Numbered from the stretch's first letter, positions 1 to 21,330 are shown. The stretch is DNA of 64,000 bases from Octopus vulgaris (GCA_951406725.2 OX597817.1:53134001-53198000), one strand, 5' to 3'. Notes: generated from the letters alone by a model not told the origin. Program-made: numbers and translations.

Positions 1-2505
<2,505 letters not shown>

Positions 2506-2742
2506 CTAAATGTATATATGTGTATGTATGTATGTAGGTACGTATGTATGCATGCATGTATGTATGCATGCAAGTATGTATGCATGCATGTTCGTAAGTA
2601 TGCATGCACGTACCGACGTATGTATGTATGTATATATGCATGTATGTATGCATGCATGTATGTATATATGTATGCATGTATGTACGTATGCATACATGTA
2701 TGTATGCATGCATGCATGTACGTATGTATGTATGTTTGTATG

Positions 2743-2773
<31 letters not shown>

Positions 2774-2789
2774 GTATGTCTCTTCTATT

Positions 2790-4950
2790 TTTTAATTATT
2801 ATAAATCTTCCACTGAGGAGAGAGCCGGTTTCGAACAAAGATACAAGGCTCCACCTTTAGGATATAGCTAACACAGGTAATTCACATTTGGAACTTAAGA
2901 AAATTCTTGCCTATTTTTACTGTTCCACTCACAGATTGGACTTGTAATGTACAAATTAACCGGTCGATTTCTCTTTCTCAAAATTTCAGATTATCCAGAT
3001 TCTCCTTTAAGCATTTACTAACGGAACCTAGTGCTCCAATTATTATTGCTATGAATATGAATTCATGGTTTGAATATAGAAGCTGGAGGTTTCGAAGCAG
3101 TTGTCCATAGATATCCTCTTTTTCTTCGATTTTCAAAGAGATAATTATACCTGCGGGGCAGCTGACCTCTATGATGACACATACCTTTGTCCCTCTGTCC
3201 GAAACAACAATATCCGGTCTGTTATGCTTATATTTGACAGAAGTTTTGATGGGAATATTCCACCAGTATTCCTTGAGTTGGTGTTTATAAATGTATTCCA
3301 TAACTGGGATTTTCTAAGTTTATTTCAGGACAGTCTTTTTTGCGGATGGCATTGTAAATTGTTTTAGCAACAACATCGTGCCGTATAGTTAGGTAATATA
3401 GTGAGACATTTTCGGACAGCTGCTAATCACGTGCGTGATGTCTTCCACTGAAACATGACATAGACTACACATACGGTTGCACCTTGGGATTATAAGAACG
3501 TCACTGTCTCTCTTCCTCACCAAGTACTTTGTGGCAATCTTCCGTTCCTGGATTGCAAACGCATAGCCATCAAAGTGTGATGTAATGTAGTGGTATTGTG
3601 TCCAAGAGAGGCTGCGCTTCGTGTCAATTCTATGTCTTCTTCAAGCTTCTGGACAACATACCCATACATGGGTTTCTTTTTAGGAGTTCGTTGCCAACTC
3701 GTACAATGCTGCTCACTTCACTTTACAGCACTGCATTTATATCTATTTTTGCTGCTGTTGTTTAGCAGGTGCTGTCTGAGTGATACCATACGGTATTCGA
3801 AGGCCGTCTGCTCTGATATCAGGCCTCTACCATCTTCGTTTCTTAAGTAGAGCTTGTCAACATCACTCTTTCTATGGAAGTTCCCACTTGTTGTCAGAAT
3901 TTTTGTGGATTTTGATATTTATGGGGTGGATTTCCTCTTCAGACCAATCAAGTGTCCCAAATGTTGGGGTCAGCACTGTTACTGAAAATGCATTGTTGGA
4001 TGTTGTTTTGTTGCAAGAGGATAATTCCGACTGCCATATTTTCCTAAATCTGGTGTAATATTCTAGGGTCACTCTACCTTTATTCACAGTGCCTTCATAT
4101 GATACATTTTCATCTATGCCTAGGTACTTGCAACATTTTCTGTGTGGAATGGAGGAGATAGAGAGACCGTTGATGCACAGGTTTTGGGTTTGGGGGATTG
4201 ATTTTCCTTGTTCTATAACCAAATATGAATATTTCTTTTGGCCAAATTCGGCATTCTTGCCAGTAAATTTGCGCAGAGACAGGCCAATTCAACTTCGCAC
4301 GTTTCACGACTTGCTTTCGTATGCGGCAAATTGCGGTTCGGCTCCACACACTCTCCTACTGTTTATAATAATCGTTTTTACAGCTCCTATTCAATCTTGA
4401 TATGTTATAGTAGGCAGATATGAATCTAACGCGTGTATTTGCTCCTGTCTTGGCAAGCTTAAGTACAGAGCTTTGGTAATCACCTTTTTGTAAATGCTAC
4501 AGAATTAGTCTTTACATTGTGTTGACTTGTTGTGGCAACTTTCTAATTTATGACCAACATGAACATTTTCTGGCACTCGAAATAAAAGTTATCATTAATT
4601 AATCGCGAGGTAATGTTACATCATTTATGCACAGCCACACGCAAACTCCTTAGCGATGCTTTTAAAAATTGATAATGATGTGATTAAAGTCTTCGGTTTG
4701 GATTTTGCTGATCTTACAATTGCTGTCAGCTGTTGTTTTCTGTATTTGATTGGGAGTTTTCCTAGTTTGTACGGGACTGATTGCCAACTGAGATTTATAA
4801 ATTTGTCACCACTTTACACCAGGCTTTTAGATTGGTTTATTCCCTCTGTGGCTCGTGTCTTTAGCTCTGTGTTCCTTCTCAGGGGAACATGAGTATAGAA
4901 AGAAGTAGATCTTCTGAAGTCTATTTCGGTTTTGCTATAGTGTTAACTAA
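2790..4950 (-). mobile_element. Degenerate RLE-type (R4/NeSL-like) non-LTR retrotransposon remnant
   Basis: Fragments KHNRPDIVV..VCVIIEVSCP (PD-D/ExK endonuclease), IIIGALG, KYLGIDEN, IWQSELSSCNK, TFGTLDWS; several stops and frameshifts. Confidence 0.8.
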
Positions 4951-5498
4951 AATTTTCTAATATTTTTTAAACATAGGCCTTTGTCAGTTTTTATTTCATT
5001 CACCTTCCCAAGTTTATTCGCAGATTGAGCGAAATATTTGCTTCTCCTTTCATCTCTAAGTCTGTATACAAAAGTTCCAGTAGGAGAATGGGCTCGTGGG
5101 GTCGGAGCGTATCCCATCTCTCTGCTTCATTTCATGTTTGTATTTTGTCCTTGTTGTATCTCATTCGATTTCATTCGATTTCATTATATTTTGTAAAATT
5201 TTAAAAGTCATATAATCATTGTGTCTGACCCCAATCAGGCTGTATTGTCCTCCTCTATGTTTGGACCCTTGTGGCTAATAAAGAAATTGGATGTCACTTC
5301 ATTGTTGCGTCATAATGTTAATATAGACGTAAGGTCACGTGTGTCTGTATATGCCTGGATATTCTGTGTGCATGTGTGTGTGTGTCCGTGTGTTAATGTG
5401 TGTGTATATGGGATTGAGATTAGAATTTTTCTCTAAAACAGCTGAGTTGAAGGGCAAAAGTTTACAAATGCACTTGTTCATAATAATAATCTATGACG

Positions 5499-5577
<79 letters not shown>

Positions 5578-5615
5578 TATGTATGTATATATACATAGAT
5601 ACATACATATAGATA

Positions 5616-5663
<48 letters not shown>

Positions 5664-5677
5664 GCACACATACACGC

Positions 5678-5735
<58 letters not shown>

Positions 5736-5883
5736 TTCTAATTTCTCAGAAATGGCAAAAGAGCCGGTTTCTAGCCTAGAAACAAACGTCTTTCATTTGA
5801 ATCTGCACATGAAACAACCTTGTCTAGTATTTACGTAAGCATGTATGTGTGACTCGTTTGCTTCGATTTCTCCCTCTTCCTTC

Positions 5884-5914
<31 letters not shown>

Positions 5915-6168
5915 TCCCCCTTCTCTCTCCCCTGCCTGCTCCTCTTCACCGAGCACCACAATGCATTTTACTTTCCTCATCATCTCTAAAGTTAACTTTT
6001 CATTTTTTCTGTTTTCCTTTCTCCCACTTGAACACTTTAGTGGGACAGAAAAATATTTATATAAACATATAATGAAGTTTATTATAACGAATATATATAC
6101 ATGCACACGCACACACATATTGTGTGTGTGTGCGCGCGCTCGTGCGTGCGTGCATGCGTAATTTGCAG

Positions 6169-6266
6169 CGGACAGGGCGGATTCTGAGAACACTGAAAAC
6201 CAGGGAAGAATTTTTGTTGCTTCAGTGGAAGACATTTATTCTCAGCCGCCTGTAAATCCATTCTAA
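6169..6266 (+). CDS. Possible terminal coding exon of an upstream gene (DRADSENTENQGRIFVASVEDIYSQPPVNPF*); duplicated at 17244-17341
   Basis: Acceptor-like atttgcag followed by an open frame to TAA in non-repetitive sequence. No homolog recognised. Confidence 0.25.
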
Positions 6267-6469
6267 ACCAGGAAGATTGTCTTTGCAGCGCATTTTATCC
6301 ATTGAGGCAATGTTGGACTGCTTCAAGTCTCGCCACTAGTTTAACGCTATGAGATGACTATATTTGAGAGCAATTGTCCACACGATTGAGAATCTCTATC
6401 TCCAAAGAACAAGGTCTCTTGCTCTCTGGTTCTGGATGATCTCACAATCCGCCCTGACAAACACTTACA

Positions 6470-7053
6470 TATTCTTTTCTACTCAAGGCACAAGACCCGA
6501 AATTTTGGGGAAGGGAACCAGTCGACTTCATCGACCCCAATACACAACTGGTACTTAATTTATCGACCCCGAAAGGGTGAAAGGCAAAGTCGACCTCGGC
6601 GAAATTTGAACTCAGAACGTAAAGACAGACGAAATATCTATTTCTTTACTACCCACAAGGGGCTAAACACAGAGGGCACACACAAGGACAAACAAACGGA
6701 TTAAGTCAATTACATCGACCCCAGTGCGTAACTGGTACTTAATTTATCGACCCCGAAAGGATGAAAGGCAAAGTCGATCTCGGCGGAATTCGAACTCAGA
6801 ACGTAACGGCAGACGAAATACCTATTTCTTTACTACCCACAAGGGGCTAAACACAGAGGGCACAAACAAGGACAAACAAACGGATTAAGTCGATTATATC
6901 GACCCCAGTGCGTAACTGGTACTTAATTTATCGACCCCGAAAGGATGAAAGGCAAAGTCGACCTCGGCGGAATTTGAACTCAGAACGTAACGGCAGACGA
7001 AATACCGCTAAGCATTTCGCCCGGTGTGCTAACGTTTCGGCCAGCTCGCCGCC
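6470..7053 (-). mobile_element. tRNA-derived SINE array: head + two 184-bp units + body with a different tail
   Basis: Junctions at 6638/6639, 6822/6823 and 7006/7007 (184-bp spacing). B-box GAGTTCAAATTCC; central GCCTTTCATCCTTTCGGGGTCGATAAA..AGTACC domain (Meta-SINE-like). Confidence 0.85.
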
Positions 7054-7821
7054 TCCATTACGTCCAGCCTTCTGGTGCAGGGCCTGTCCCGGGACCTCTC
7101 TCAGCGCGCAACTCCTGCGTCGAATGAGACTAAAGCCCTGGTAAGATAATCTGGCGGAAGGCGGAGGACATGTCCGTAGCAACACATGCAGCGGATTACT
7201 ATGAGGAAGGAGCAAAGTTGAACTCGGCGGGATTCAAACACAGAATGTAATGACCAACGAAATGCCACTAAGCACTTTGTCCGATGCACTAACGGTTCTA
7301 CCAGTTCGCTGCCTTAACTCAGTCATAATAATACTAAAGGAAATGTCTTTCTAAATGGAAACCATATTACATGTCAGTTAGAAATTTCAGCCTCTTTCTA
7401 ATGATAAACAGATTTAGGCCTGTTCTTTCCAGGGTCTGCTCTGTTTCTTCCTTCTTTTAATTCTTTGGAGAAAATATTCTACTTGCAACGTTTGGAAAAG
7501 ATATCTTGATTGGTTTTGCTAAATCCTGCATATATGTTTTAAGCGAATTGCCCGGAGTCCACTGGGACCTGTTGCTAAATTTAAACTGATTTTATTAATA
7601 AATGATATTACATCTTCCGCTTTTATATATTATGCAATCAATGATTGCCAATTCTCTCTATAGAACCGTAGTGTTAGCGAACTCATTTGGTTTCGTTATT
7701 TGCATGTCTCCCACCGAGGAGATGGAAAATACGTTTGAATTATTCATTTCGTATTTCATTTACCCTTTTGAGGTGAGCAGTCACTAAGCCATTTCCTTAC
7801 AACAAAGACGCTTACTTTGGA

Positions 7822-8145
7822 ATGTACCAAAGCTGATACATTTGCAAATGTATAGATGTTTTTATATACTCTATGATCCCCGTTCTCTTTCCGATCTTCC
7901 CTTTTCGTGGGAATGTTTGATTTCGTTTTCAATTTCCGGGGGTGCACTTTTGAAGTGAGACTTTTCTCTGTTGTCTTTGGCTTGTTTATTTAAGCCGTTG
8001 TTATGTACCAAAGCTGATTTATTTGAAAATTTATAGATGTTTTTATATACCCTGTGATCCCTGGTCTCTTTCTGCTCTTCTCTTTTTGTGGGAATGTTTA
8101 ATTTCGTTTTCAATCTCCGGGAGTGTCCTTCAGAAGTGAGACTTT
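7822..8145. repeat. Two imperfect ~180-bp direct repeats inside a decayed AT-rich (probably Penelope-like) element
   Basis: atgtaccaaagctgat...gaagtgagacttttc occurs twice. Minus-strand peptides are similar (NIPTKRE..DHRVYKNIY). Confidence 0.55.
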
Positions 8146-8822
8146 TCGCTTTGAAGTGGGACTTGTTTATTTAACCCGTATCAGATTGTTATGCTTCGTG
8201 TCATTAGAATTTTTGTCTCTGGGAATTATATATTTATCATTTCTTTCTAGGACAAATTTAATGCATATGGTTTGCATTATCGGCATAAATTGCTAAAGTT
8301 TTATGTCATCGTCTTGCACGTAGCCAATTCTTTGGGACGATCTTTTTGTAAATAGATTTCTGGTTGATTTTGGGATAACTTCACGTTAGATAGAATTCTA
8401 GTACATATTATAGAGTGTGTATCTACCGATTCTTTTACATCGCATGTAGCTTTACTACATTATGGTCTGAGAAGCTCGTCGGCATTACCTTCACATTATG
8501 AATGAGAGCCATATTATTTGTGAAACACAGCTCTAAAATGTGTTTTGCTCCCATTCGGGTCGGGAATTATTTGCCCCAAGAACATCAAATGAGAAAATGG
8601 GAATTCTGCATTTTATTCATATAGAGACATTCTCAAGAGAATATGGTTTCTGAGACAACCACTACGTTCACATGCGGCTCAAGTTCGGTCAAGATCTTGT
8701 TTTACTCTTCTAAAAGTTATCTTCAAATTTACCTCCAGGATGTGAGGCATCCGGTTGTAGATTTGTCGTACATATAACTGCATCAATGCTTGCATGGCTG
8801 AATGCAAGCACGTGTTTGTGTG

Positions 8823-8899
<77 letters not shown>

Positions 8900-8903
<4 letters not shown>

Positions 8904-9295
8904 TTTTATTCTTTAACTTGCTTCAGTCATTTGACTGCGGCTATGCCGGAGCACCGTCTTTTGTCGAACAAATCGACCCCAGTACTTATTCTTTGTAAAT
9001 CTAATACTTACTATATCGGTCACTTTTGCCGAACTGCCAGATTACGGGGGCGTAAACACATCGACATCGGTTGTCAAGTGATGGGACACACACACACACA
9101 CACACACACACATATGCACATATAAATATAAATACATATACGGGCTTCTTTCAGTTTCCATCTGCCAAATCCACTCACAAGGCTTTTGTCGGCCCGATGC
9201 TATAGTAGAAGACACTTTCCCAAGGTGCCACGCAGTGGGACTGAACCCGGAACCACGTGGTTGGTGGTTGGGAAGCAAACTTCTTACCATACAGT
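8900..9295 (-). mobile_element. CORE-type tRNA SINE (octopus OR2-like)
   Basis: Minus strand: GGTTCCGGGTTCAGTCCC B-box, GGCACCTTGGGAAAGTGTCTT core-like segment, internal (CA)n, tail CAGTCAAATGACTGAA. Confidence 0.75.
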
Positions 9296-9348
9296 CATAT
9301 ATATATCTATACAAGAAAGCACACAAAAACACAACGCGAGGACGTATA

Positions 9349-9390
<42 letters not shown>

Positions 9391-9523
9391 GACCACGTGC
9401 GAACACTGGCGCTTCAGTAGTGGGGGATAAATACACACACACACACAAACACACATATACATGCATACATACATACATACATACATACATACATACATAC
9501 ATACATACATACACACATACATA

Positions 9524-9601
<78 letters not shown>

Positions 9602-10269
9602 TGTATGTATATATATATATTTTTTTACGACCAGGCTATCAGATGTTGCTACACATCGCTGGTCACAATGCACTTTGCATTATTTTAGCCTTCAAATGAC
9701 GCCATCCCGCTGGCTAAGCGAGCAGGCCAATTTATATATATATGTATGTATATGTATATGTATATGTATAAATGTATGTCTGTCTGTCTGTCTGTATGTA
9801 TGTATGTATGTATGTATGTATGTATGTATGTATGTATGTATGTATGAATGTATGTATGTATGTATGTATGTATGTACGTACGTACGTACATACGTATGTA
9901 TGTATGTATGTATGTATGTATGTATGTATGTATGTATGTATATAGTTAACGGAAGAGATCCAGTGATTCTCCGTATAAGAAGACACTAATGCTCCAAAGA
10001 TTCAAACTTAGACTCCGATATCTCTACAGGGGAATGATTCCTCAAGTAAAGAAAGCTTGTGAGAGGGCTCCAGTTTGGCGGGTATAGAGATGATTATACG
10101 GATAAACAAATTAGACACATCAAATACTGTAAATATATTAAATACATGAAATGCAAAATATATAAATATGCATATTTTGTATTTAATATATTTAATGTGT
10201 CTAATTTATTTATCCGCATAATTGCTTCTCCTTTCTCTCTCTCTCTTTCTGTATGTGTGTGTAATTGTA

Positions 10270-13583
<3,314 letters not shown>

Positions 13584-13820
13584 CTAAATGTATATATGTG
13601 TATGTATGTATGTAGGTACGTATGTATGCATGCATGTATGTATGCATGCAAGTATGTATGCATGCATGTTCGTAAGTATGCATGCACGTACCGACGTATG
13701 TATGTATGTATATATGCATGTATGTATGCATGCATGTATGTATATATGTATGCATGTATGTACGTATGCATACATGTATGTATGCATGCATGCATGTACG
13801 TATGTATGTATGTTTGTATG

Positions 13821-13851
<31 letters not shown>

Positions 13852-13867
13852 GTATGTCTCTTCTATT

Positions 13868-16026
13868 TTTTAATTATTATAAATCTTCCACTGAGGAGAG
13901 AGCCGGTTTCGAACAAAGATACAAGGCTCCACCTTTAGGATATAGCTAACACAGGTAATTCACATTTGGAACTTAAGAAAATTCTTGCCTATTTTTACTG
14001 TTCCACTCACAGATTGGACTTGTAATGTACAAATTAACCGGTCGATTTCTCTTTCTCAAAATTTCAGATTATCCAGATTCTCCTTTAAGCATTTACTAAC
14101 GGAACCTAGTGCTCCAATTATTATTGCTATGAATATGAATTCATGGTTTGAATATAGAAGCTGGAGGTTTCGAAGCAGTTGTCCATAGATATCCTCTTTT
14201 TCTTCGATTTTCAAAGAGATAATTATACCTGCGGGGCAGCTGACCTCTATGATGACACATACCTTTGTCCCTCTGTCCGAAACAACAATATCCGGTCTGT
14301 TATGCTTATATTTGACAGAAGTTTTGATGGGAATATTCCACCAGTATTCCTTGAGTTGGTGTTTATAAATGTATTCCATAACTGGGATTTTCTAAGTTTA
14401 TTTCAGGACAGTCTTTTTTGCGGATGGCATTGTAAATTGTTTTAGCAACAACATCGTGCCGTATAGTTAGGTAATATAGTGAGACATTTTCGGACAGCTG
14501 CTAATCACGTGCGTGATGTCTTCCACTGAAACATGACATAGACTACACATACGGTTGCACCTTGGGATTATAAGAACGTCACTGTCTCTCTTCCTCACCA
14601 AGTACTTTGTGGCAATCTTCCGTTCCTGGATTGCAAACGCATAGCCATCAAAGTGTGATGTAATGTAGTGGTATTGTGTCCAAGAGAGGCTGCGCTTCGT
14701 GTCAATTCTATGTCTTCTTCAAGCTTCTGGACAACATACCCATACATGGGTTTCTTTTTTAGGAGTTCGTTGCCAACTCGTACAATGCTGCTCACTTCAC
14801 TTTACAGCACTGCATTTATATCTATTTTTGCTGCTGTTGTTTAGCAGGTGCTGTCTGAGTGATACCATACGGTATTCGAAGGCCGTCTGCTCTGATATCA
14901 GGCCTCTACCATCGTTTCTTAAGTAGAGCTTGTCAACATCACTCTTTCTATGGAAGTTCCCACTTGTTGTCAGAATTTTTGTGGATTTTGATATTTATGG
15001 GGTGGATTTCCTCTTCAGACCAATCAAGTGTCCCAAATGTTGGGGTCAGCACTGTTACTGAAAATGCATTGTTGGATATTGTTTTGTTGCAAGAGGATAA
15101 TTCCGACTGCCATATTTTCCTAAATCTGGTGTAATATTCTAGGGTCACTCTACCTTTATTCACAGTGCCTTCATATGATACATTTTCATCTATGCCTAGG
15201 TACTTGCAACATTTTCTGTGTGGAATGGAGGAGATAGAGAGACCGTTGATGCACAGGTTTTGGGTTTGGGGGATTGATTTTCCTTGTTCTATAACCAAAT
15301 ATGAATATTTCTTTTGGCCAAATTCGGCATTCTTGCCAGTAAATTTGCGCAGAGACAGGCCAATTCAACTTCGCACGTTTCACGACTTGCTTTCGTATGC
15401 GGCAAATTGCGGTTCGGCTCCACACACTCTCCTACTGTTTATAATAATCGTTTTTACAGCTCCTATTCAATCTTGATATGTTATAGTAGGCAGATATGAA
15501 TCTAACGCGTGTATTTGCTCCTGTCTTGGCAAGCTTAAGTACAGAGCTTTGGTAATCACCTTTTTGTAAATGCTACAGAATTAGTCTTTACATTGTGTTG
15601 ACTTGTTGTGGCAACTTTCTAATTTATGACCAACATGAACATTTTCTGGCACTCGAAATAAAAGTTATCATTAATTAATCGCGAGGTAATGTTACATCAT
15701 TTATGCACAGCCACACGCAAACTCCTTAGCGATGCTTTTAAAAATTGATAATGATGTGATTAAAGTCTTCGGTTTGGATTTTGCTGATCTTACAATTGCT
15801 GTCAGCTGTTGTTTTCTGTATTTGATTGGGAGTTTTCCTAGTTTGTACGGGACTGATTGCCAACTGAGATTTATAAATTTGTCACCACTTTACACCAGGC
15901 TTTTAGATTGGTTTATTCCCTCTGTGGCTCGTGTCTTTAGCTCTGTGTTCCTTCTCAGGGGAACATGAGTATAGAAAGAAGTAGATCTTCTGAAGTCTAT
16001 TTCGGTTTTGCTATAGTGTTAACTAA
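13868..16026 (-). mobile_element. Duplicate copy of the RLE-type non-LTR remnant
   Basis: Same peptides as 2790-4950. Confidence 0.8.
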
Positions 16027-16574
16027 AATTTTCTAATATTTTTTAAACATAGGCCTTTGTCAGTTTTTATTTCATTCACCTTCCCAAGTTTATTCGCAGA
16101 TTGAGCGAAATATTTGCTTCTCCTTTCATCTCTAAGTCTGTATACAAAAGTTCCAGTAGGAGAATGGGCTCGTGGGGTCGGAGCGTATCCCATCTCTCTG
16201 CTTCATTTCATGTTTGTATTTTGTCCTTGTTGTATCTCATTCGATTTCATTCGATTTCATTATATTTTGTAAAATTTTAAAAGTCATATAATCATTGTGT
16301 CTGACCCCAATCAGGCTGTATTGTCCTCCTCTATGTTTGGACCCTTGTGGCTAATAAAGAAATTGGATGTCACTTCATTGTTGCGTCATAATGTTAATAT
16401 AGACGTAAGGTCACGTGTGTCTGTATATGCCTGGATATTCTGTGTGCATGTGTGTGTGTGTCCGTGTGTTAATGTGTGTGTATATGGGATTGAGATTAGA
16501 ATTTTTCTCTAAAACAGCTGAGTTGAAGGGCAAAAGTTTACAAATGCACTTGTTCATAATAATAATCTATGACG

Positions 16575-16657
<83 letters not shown>

Positions 16658-16695
16658 TATGTATGTATATATACATAGATACATACATATAGATA

Positions 16696-16743
<48 letters not shown>

Positions 16744-16761
16744 GCACACATACACGCACAA

Positions 16762-16813
<52 letters not shown>

Positions 16814-17544
16814 TTCTAATTTCTCAGAAATGGCAAAAGAGCCGGTTTCTAGCCTAGAAACAAACGTCTTTCATTTGAATCTGCACATGAAACAACCTTG
16901 TCTAGTATTTACGTAAGCATGTATGTGTGACTCGTTTGCTTCGATTTCTCCCTCTTCCTTCTCTCTCTCTCTCTCTCTCTCTCTCCATCTCCCCCTTCTC
17001 TCTCCCCTGCCTGCTCCTCTTCACCGAGCACCACAATGCATTTTACTTTCCTCATCATCTCTAAAGTTAACTTTTCATTTTTTCTGTTTTCCTTTCTCCC
17101 ACTTGAACACTTTAGTGGGACAGAAAAATATTTATATAAACATATAATGAAGTTTATTATAACGAATATATATACATGCACACGCACACACATATTGTGT
17201 GTGTGTGCGCGCGCTCGTGCGTGCGTGCATGCGTAATTTGCAGCGGACAGGGCGGATTCTGAGAACACTGAAAACCAGGGAAGAATTTTTGTTGCTTCAG
17301 TGGAAGACATTTATTCTCAGCCGCCTGTAAATCCATTCTAAACCAGGAAGATTGTCTTTGCAGCGCATTTTATCCATTGAGGCAATGTTGGACTGCTTCA
17401 AGTCTCGCCACTAGTTTAACGCTATGAGATGACTATATTTGAGAGCAATTGTCCACACGATTGAGAATCTCTATCTCCAAAGAACAAGGTCTCTTGCTCT
17501 CTGGTTCTGGATGATCTCACAATCCGCCCTGACAAACACTTACA

Positions 17545-18128
17545 TATTCTTTTCTACTCAAGGCACAAGACCCGAAATTTTGGGGAAGGGAACCAGTCGA
17601 CTTCATCGACCCCAATACACAACTGGTACTTAATTTATCGACCCCGAAAGGGTGAAAGGCAAAGTCGACCTCGGCGAAATTTGAACTCAGAACGTAAAGA
17701 CAGACGAAATATCTATTTCTTTACTACCCACAAGGGGCTAAACACAGAGGGCACACACAAGGACAAACAAACGGATTAAGTCAATTACATCGACCCCAGT
17801 GCGTAACTGGTACTTAATTTATCGACCCCGAAAGGATGAAAGGCAAAGTCGATCTCGGCGGAATTCGAACTCAGAACGTAACGGCAGACGAAATACCTAT
17901 TTCTTTACTACCCACAAGGGGCTAAACACAGAGGGCACAAACAAGGACAAACAAACGGATTAAGTCGATTATATCGACCCCAGTGCGTAACTGGTACTTA
18001 ATTTATCGACCCCGAAAGGATGAAAGGCAAAGTCGACCTCGGCGGAATTTGAACTCAGAACGTAACGGCAGACGAAATACCGCTAAGCATTTCGCCCGGT
18101 GTGCTAACGTTTCGGCCAGCTCGCCGCC
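17545..18128 (-). mobile_element. Duplicate copy of the 184-bp SINE array
   Basis: Matches 6470-7053 at offset 11075. Confidence 0.85.
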
Positions 18129-19897
18129 TCCATTACGTCCAGCCTTCTGGTGCAGGGCCTGTCCCGGGACCTCTCTCAGCGCGCAACTCCTGCGTCGAAT
18201 GAGACTAAAGCCCTGGTAAGATAATCTGGCGGAAGGCGGAGGACATGTCCGTAGCAACACATGCAGCGGATTACTATGAGGAAGGAGCAAAGTTGAACTC
18301 GGCGGGATTCAAACACAGAATGTAATGACCAACGAAATGCCACTAAGCACTTTGTCCGATGCACTAACGGTTCTACCAGTTCGCTGCCTTAACTCAGTCA
18401 TAATAATACTAAAGGAAATGTCTTTCTAAATGGAAACCATATTACATGTCAGTTAGAAATTTCAGCCTCTTTCTAATGATAAACAGATTTAGGCCTGTTC
18501 TTTCCAGGGTCTACTCTGTTTCTTCCTTCTTTTAATTCTTTGGAGAAAATATTCTACTTGCAACGTTTGGAAAAGATATCTTGATTGGTTTTGCTAAATC
18601 CTGCATATATGTTTTAAGCGAATTGCCCGGAGTCCACTGGGACCTGTTGCTAAATTTAAACTGATTTTATTAATAAATGATATTACATCTTCCGCTTTTA
18701 TATATTATGCAATCAATGATTGCCAATTCTCTCTATAGAACCGTAGTGTTAGCGAACTCATTTGGTTTCGTTATTTGCATGTCTCCCACCGAGGAGATGG
18801 AAAATACGTTTGAATTATTCATTTCGTATTTCATTTACCCTTTTGAGGTGAGCAGTCACTAAGCCATTTCCTTACAACAAAGACGCTTACTTTGGAATGT
18901 ACCAAAGCTGATACATTTGCAAATGTATAGATGTTTTTATATACTCTATGATCCCCGTTCTCTTTCCGATCTTCCCTTTTCGTGGGAATGTTTGATTTCG
19001 TTTTCAATTTCCGGGGGTGCACTTTTGAAGTGAGACTTTTCTCTGTTGTCTTTGGCTTGTTTATTTAAGCCGTTGTTATGTACCAAAGCTGATTTATTTG
19101 AAAATTTATAGATGTTTTTATATACCCTGTGATCCCTGGTCTCTTTCTGCTCTTCTCTTTTTGTGGGAATGTTTAATTTCGTTTTCAATCTCCGGGAGTG
19201 TCCTTCAGAAGTGAGACTTTTCGCTTTGAAGTGGGACTTGTTTATTTAACCCGTATCAGATTGTTATGCTTCGTGTCATTAGAATTTTTGTCTCTGGGAA
19301 TTATATATTTATCATTTCTTTCTAGGACAAATTTAATGCATATGGTTTGCATTATCGGCATAAATTGCTAAAGTTTTATGTCATCGTCTTGCACGTAGCC
19401 AATTCTTTGGGACGATCTTTTTGTAAATAGATTTCTGGTTGATTTTGGGATAACTTCACGTTAGATAGAATTCTAGTACATATTATAGAGTGTGTATCTA
19501 CCGATTCTTTTACATCACATGTAGCTTTACTACATTATGGTCTGAGAAGCTCGTCGGCATTACCTTCATATTATGAATGAGAGCCATATTATTTGTGAAA
19601 CACAGCTCTAAAATGTGTTTTGCTCCCATTCGGGTCGGGAATTATTTGCCCCAAGAACATCAAATGAGAAAATGGGAATTCTGCATTTTATTCATATAGA
19701 GACATTCTCAAGAGAATATGGTTTCTGAGACAACCACTACGTTCACATGCGGCTCAAGTTCGGTCAAGATCTTGTTTTACTCTTCTAAAAGTTATCTTCA
19801 AATTTACCTCCAGGATGTGAGGCATCCGGTTGTAGATTTGTCGTACATATAACTGCATCAATGCTTGCATGGCTGAATGCAAGCACGTGTTTGTGTG

Positions 19898-19929
<32 letters not shown>

Positions 19930-19972
19930 TGTATGTATGTATGTATGTATGTACATATATATATATATATAT

Positions 19973-20022
<50 letters not shown>

Positions 20023-20039
20023 GTCCAGTCATATGAAAG

Positions 20040-21330
20040 GTATTTACATCTATTACTGGGCACCACCTCCTTCATCAGGAAAAAATAAAATCCTAAACAG
20101 ACTCACATATACTGCGTTTTTCAAATGAGAATTACTTACTGGGTGTTTTTATAGAGCTATATGCAAAAGAACGGAGAGTGGAAGTGTTTTTGAGTGGTTG
20201 GAGTAAGCGATACAACGCACGATAAAATAAGGCAATTGATGGCTCTATAGGCAGAAGGTAAGAGGAGGGGAGCATTGTTTTATTTTTTAGAAAAAGTTTC
20301 AATGGGTGTAGAAGCTGGTTCTCAACTCTATCTAGAACTGTAATGCATAAATATTGAGTAAAATCTATGTTTACAAGAGTAGATGGCGTCGGAAAATTTA
20401 TTTAATATTGATGAGTTGTGTAGACGGAGAATAATTAATGATTCTTTTAAGCATAACTTGCATTTGCCTATCTTTGTATTATAAGGGGGAGCTTCTTTTA
20501 TTATGGACCAAGCCAGTGTATATTGTATATTATGTGGTTTAAGATTATGTATGTGTGTAGCTAATAATGTCGAGGATTTGGATTTTGTCTTAGTGAAAGA
20601 ATTTAAGTGAGCTCGATGCCGAGGCTAAAATCTATGGTACTCCCTATATAGGTCATTGCTTGGGGTTTCCCTGGTGTTTCTACACATTCATAAACCACAT
20701 TTTTACGCACACAAAAGCCTCCCAGTGAGCATGTATTAGGTATACGACAATTACAGGTTTTCCTTTTTGTTCTACTATATATATATTGGTTGTGTTGTTG
20801 GTATTTTTGACTAATATGGGGTGCTGTACAAGGGTCTGGATGTATATTAATCCGAAGTTGGATTTTACATCTATTAATAGAGGCTATTATAGATCTTAAG
20901 TTTGGTGTGGTGGAGTAAGACAATTTGATTGATGATTTGTTAAAGATAGAGTGGTATCTATGATGCTACAGAAAGTGTGATTTTAGGATTTCAAAAAATA
21001 ATTTAGGTAAAGATTTAACCTGGAGAGAAAAGGGCGGTGCATACCATAGAAATTCTCGTTTCTGCCAGCTCGCCGCCTTTATAAGCACCATAAGAGCAGT
21101 TAGTGATATCCTCACTGTTAAACTCACAGAACCTATTCTGACTGTGGTATCTAGGTTGTTTACTTGTAGCCCTATCACTTTTATGCATCCGATATTTTAT
21201 GACTATTTCCTCATTAGCGGATAAATTAGCGATTCTTATTGAAATACCTATAATTACGCTGTCAAAGGTTATCCTCGGATTGTTTGAAAGGACGTTTATG
21301 TACACTGCGAGGTTTGTGAAATTTGCTGAT
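20040..21330 (-). mobile_element. Penelope-like element, 3' remnant (GIY-YIG endonuclease)
   Basis: WYAPPFS, IKLSYSTTPNL, CNCRIPNTCSLGGFCVRKNVVY..YIGST, CKLCLKE. Downstream CCTGATGAAGG half-hammerhead near 20070-20080. Confidence 0.85.

Noticed and set aside
2805-2870. GAAACCGGCTC motif in the RLE element 3' UTR (similar at 5760) as a hammerhead
   Set aside because: No CUGANGA partner in a suitable position.
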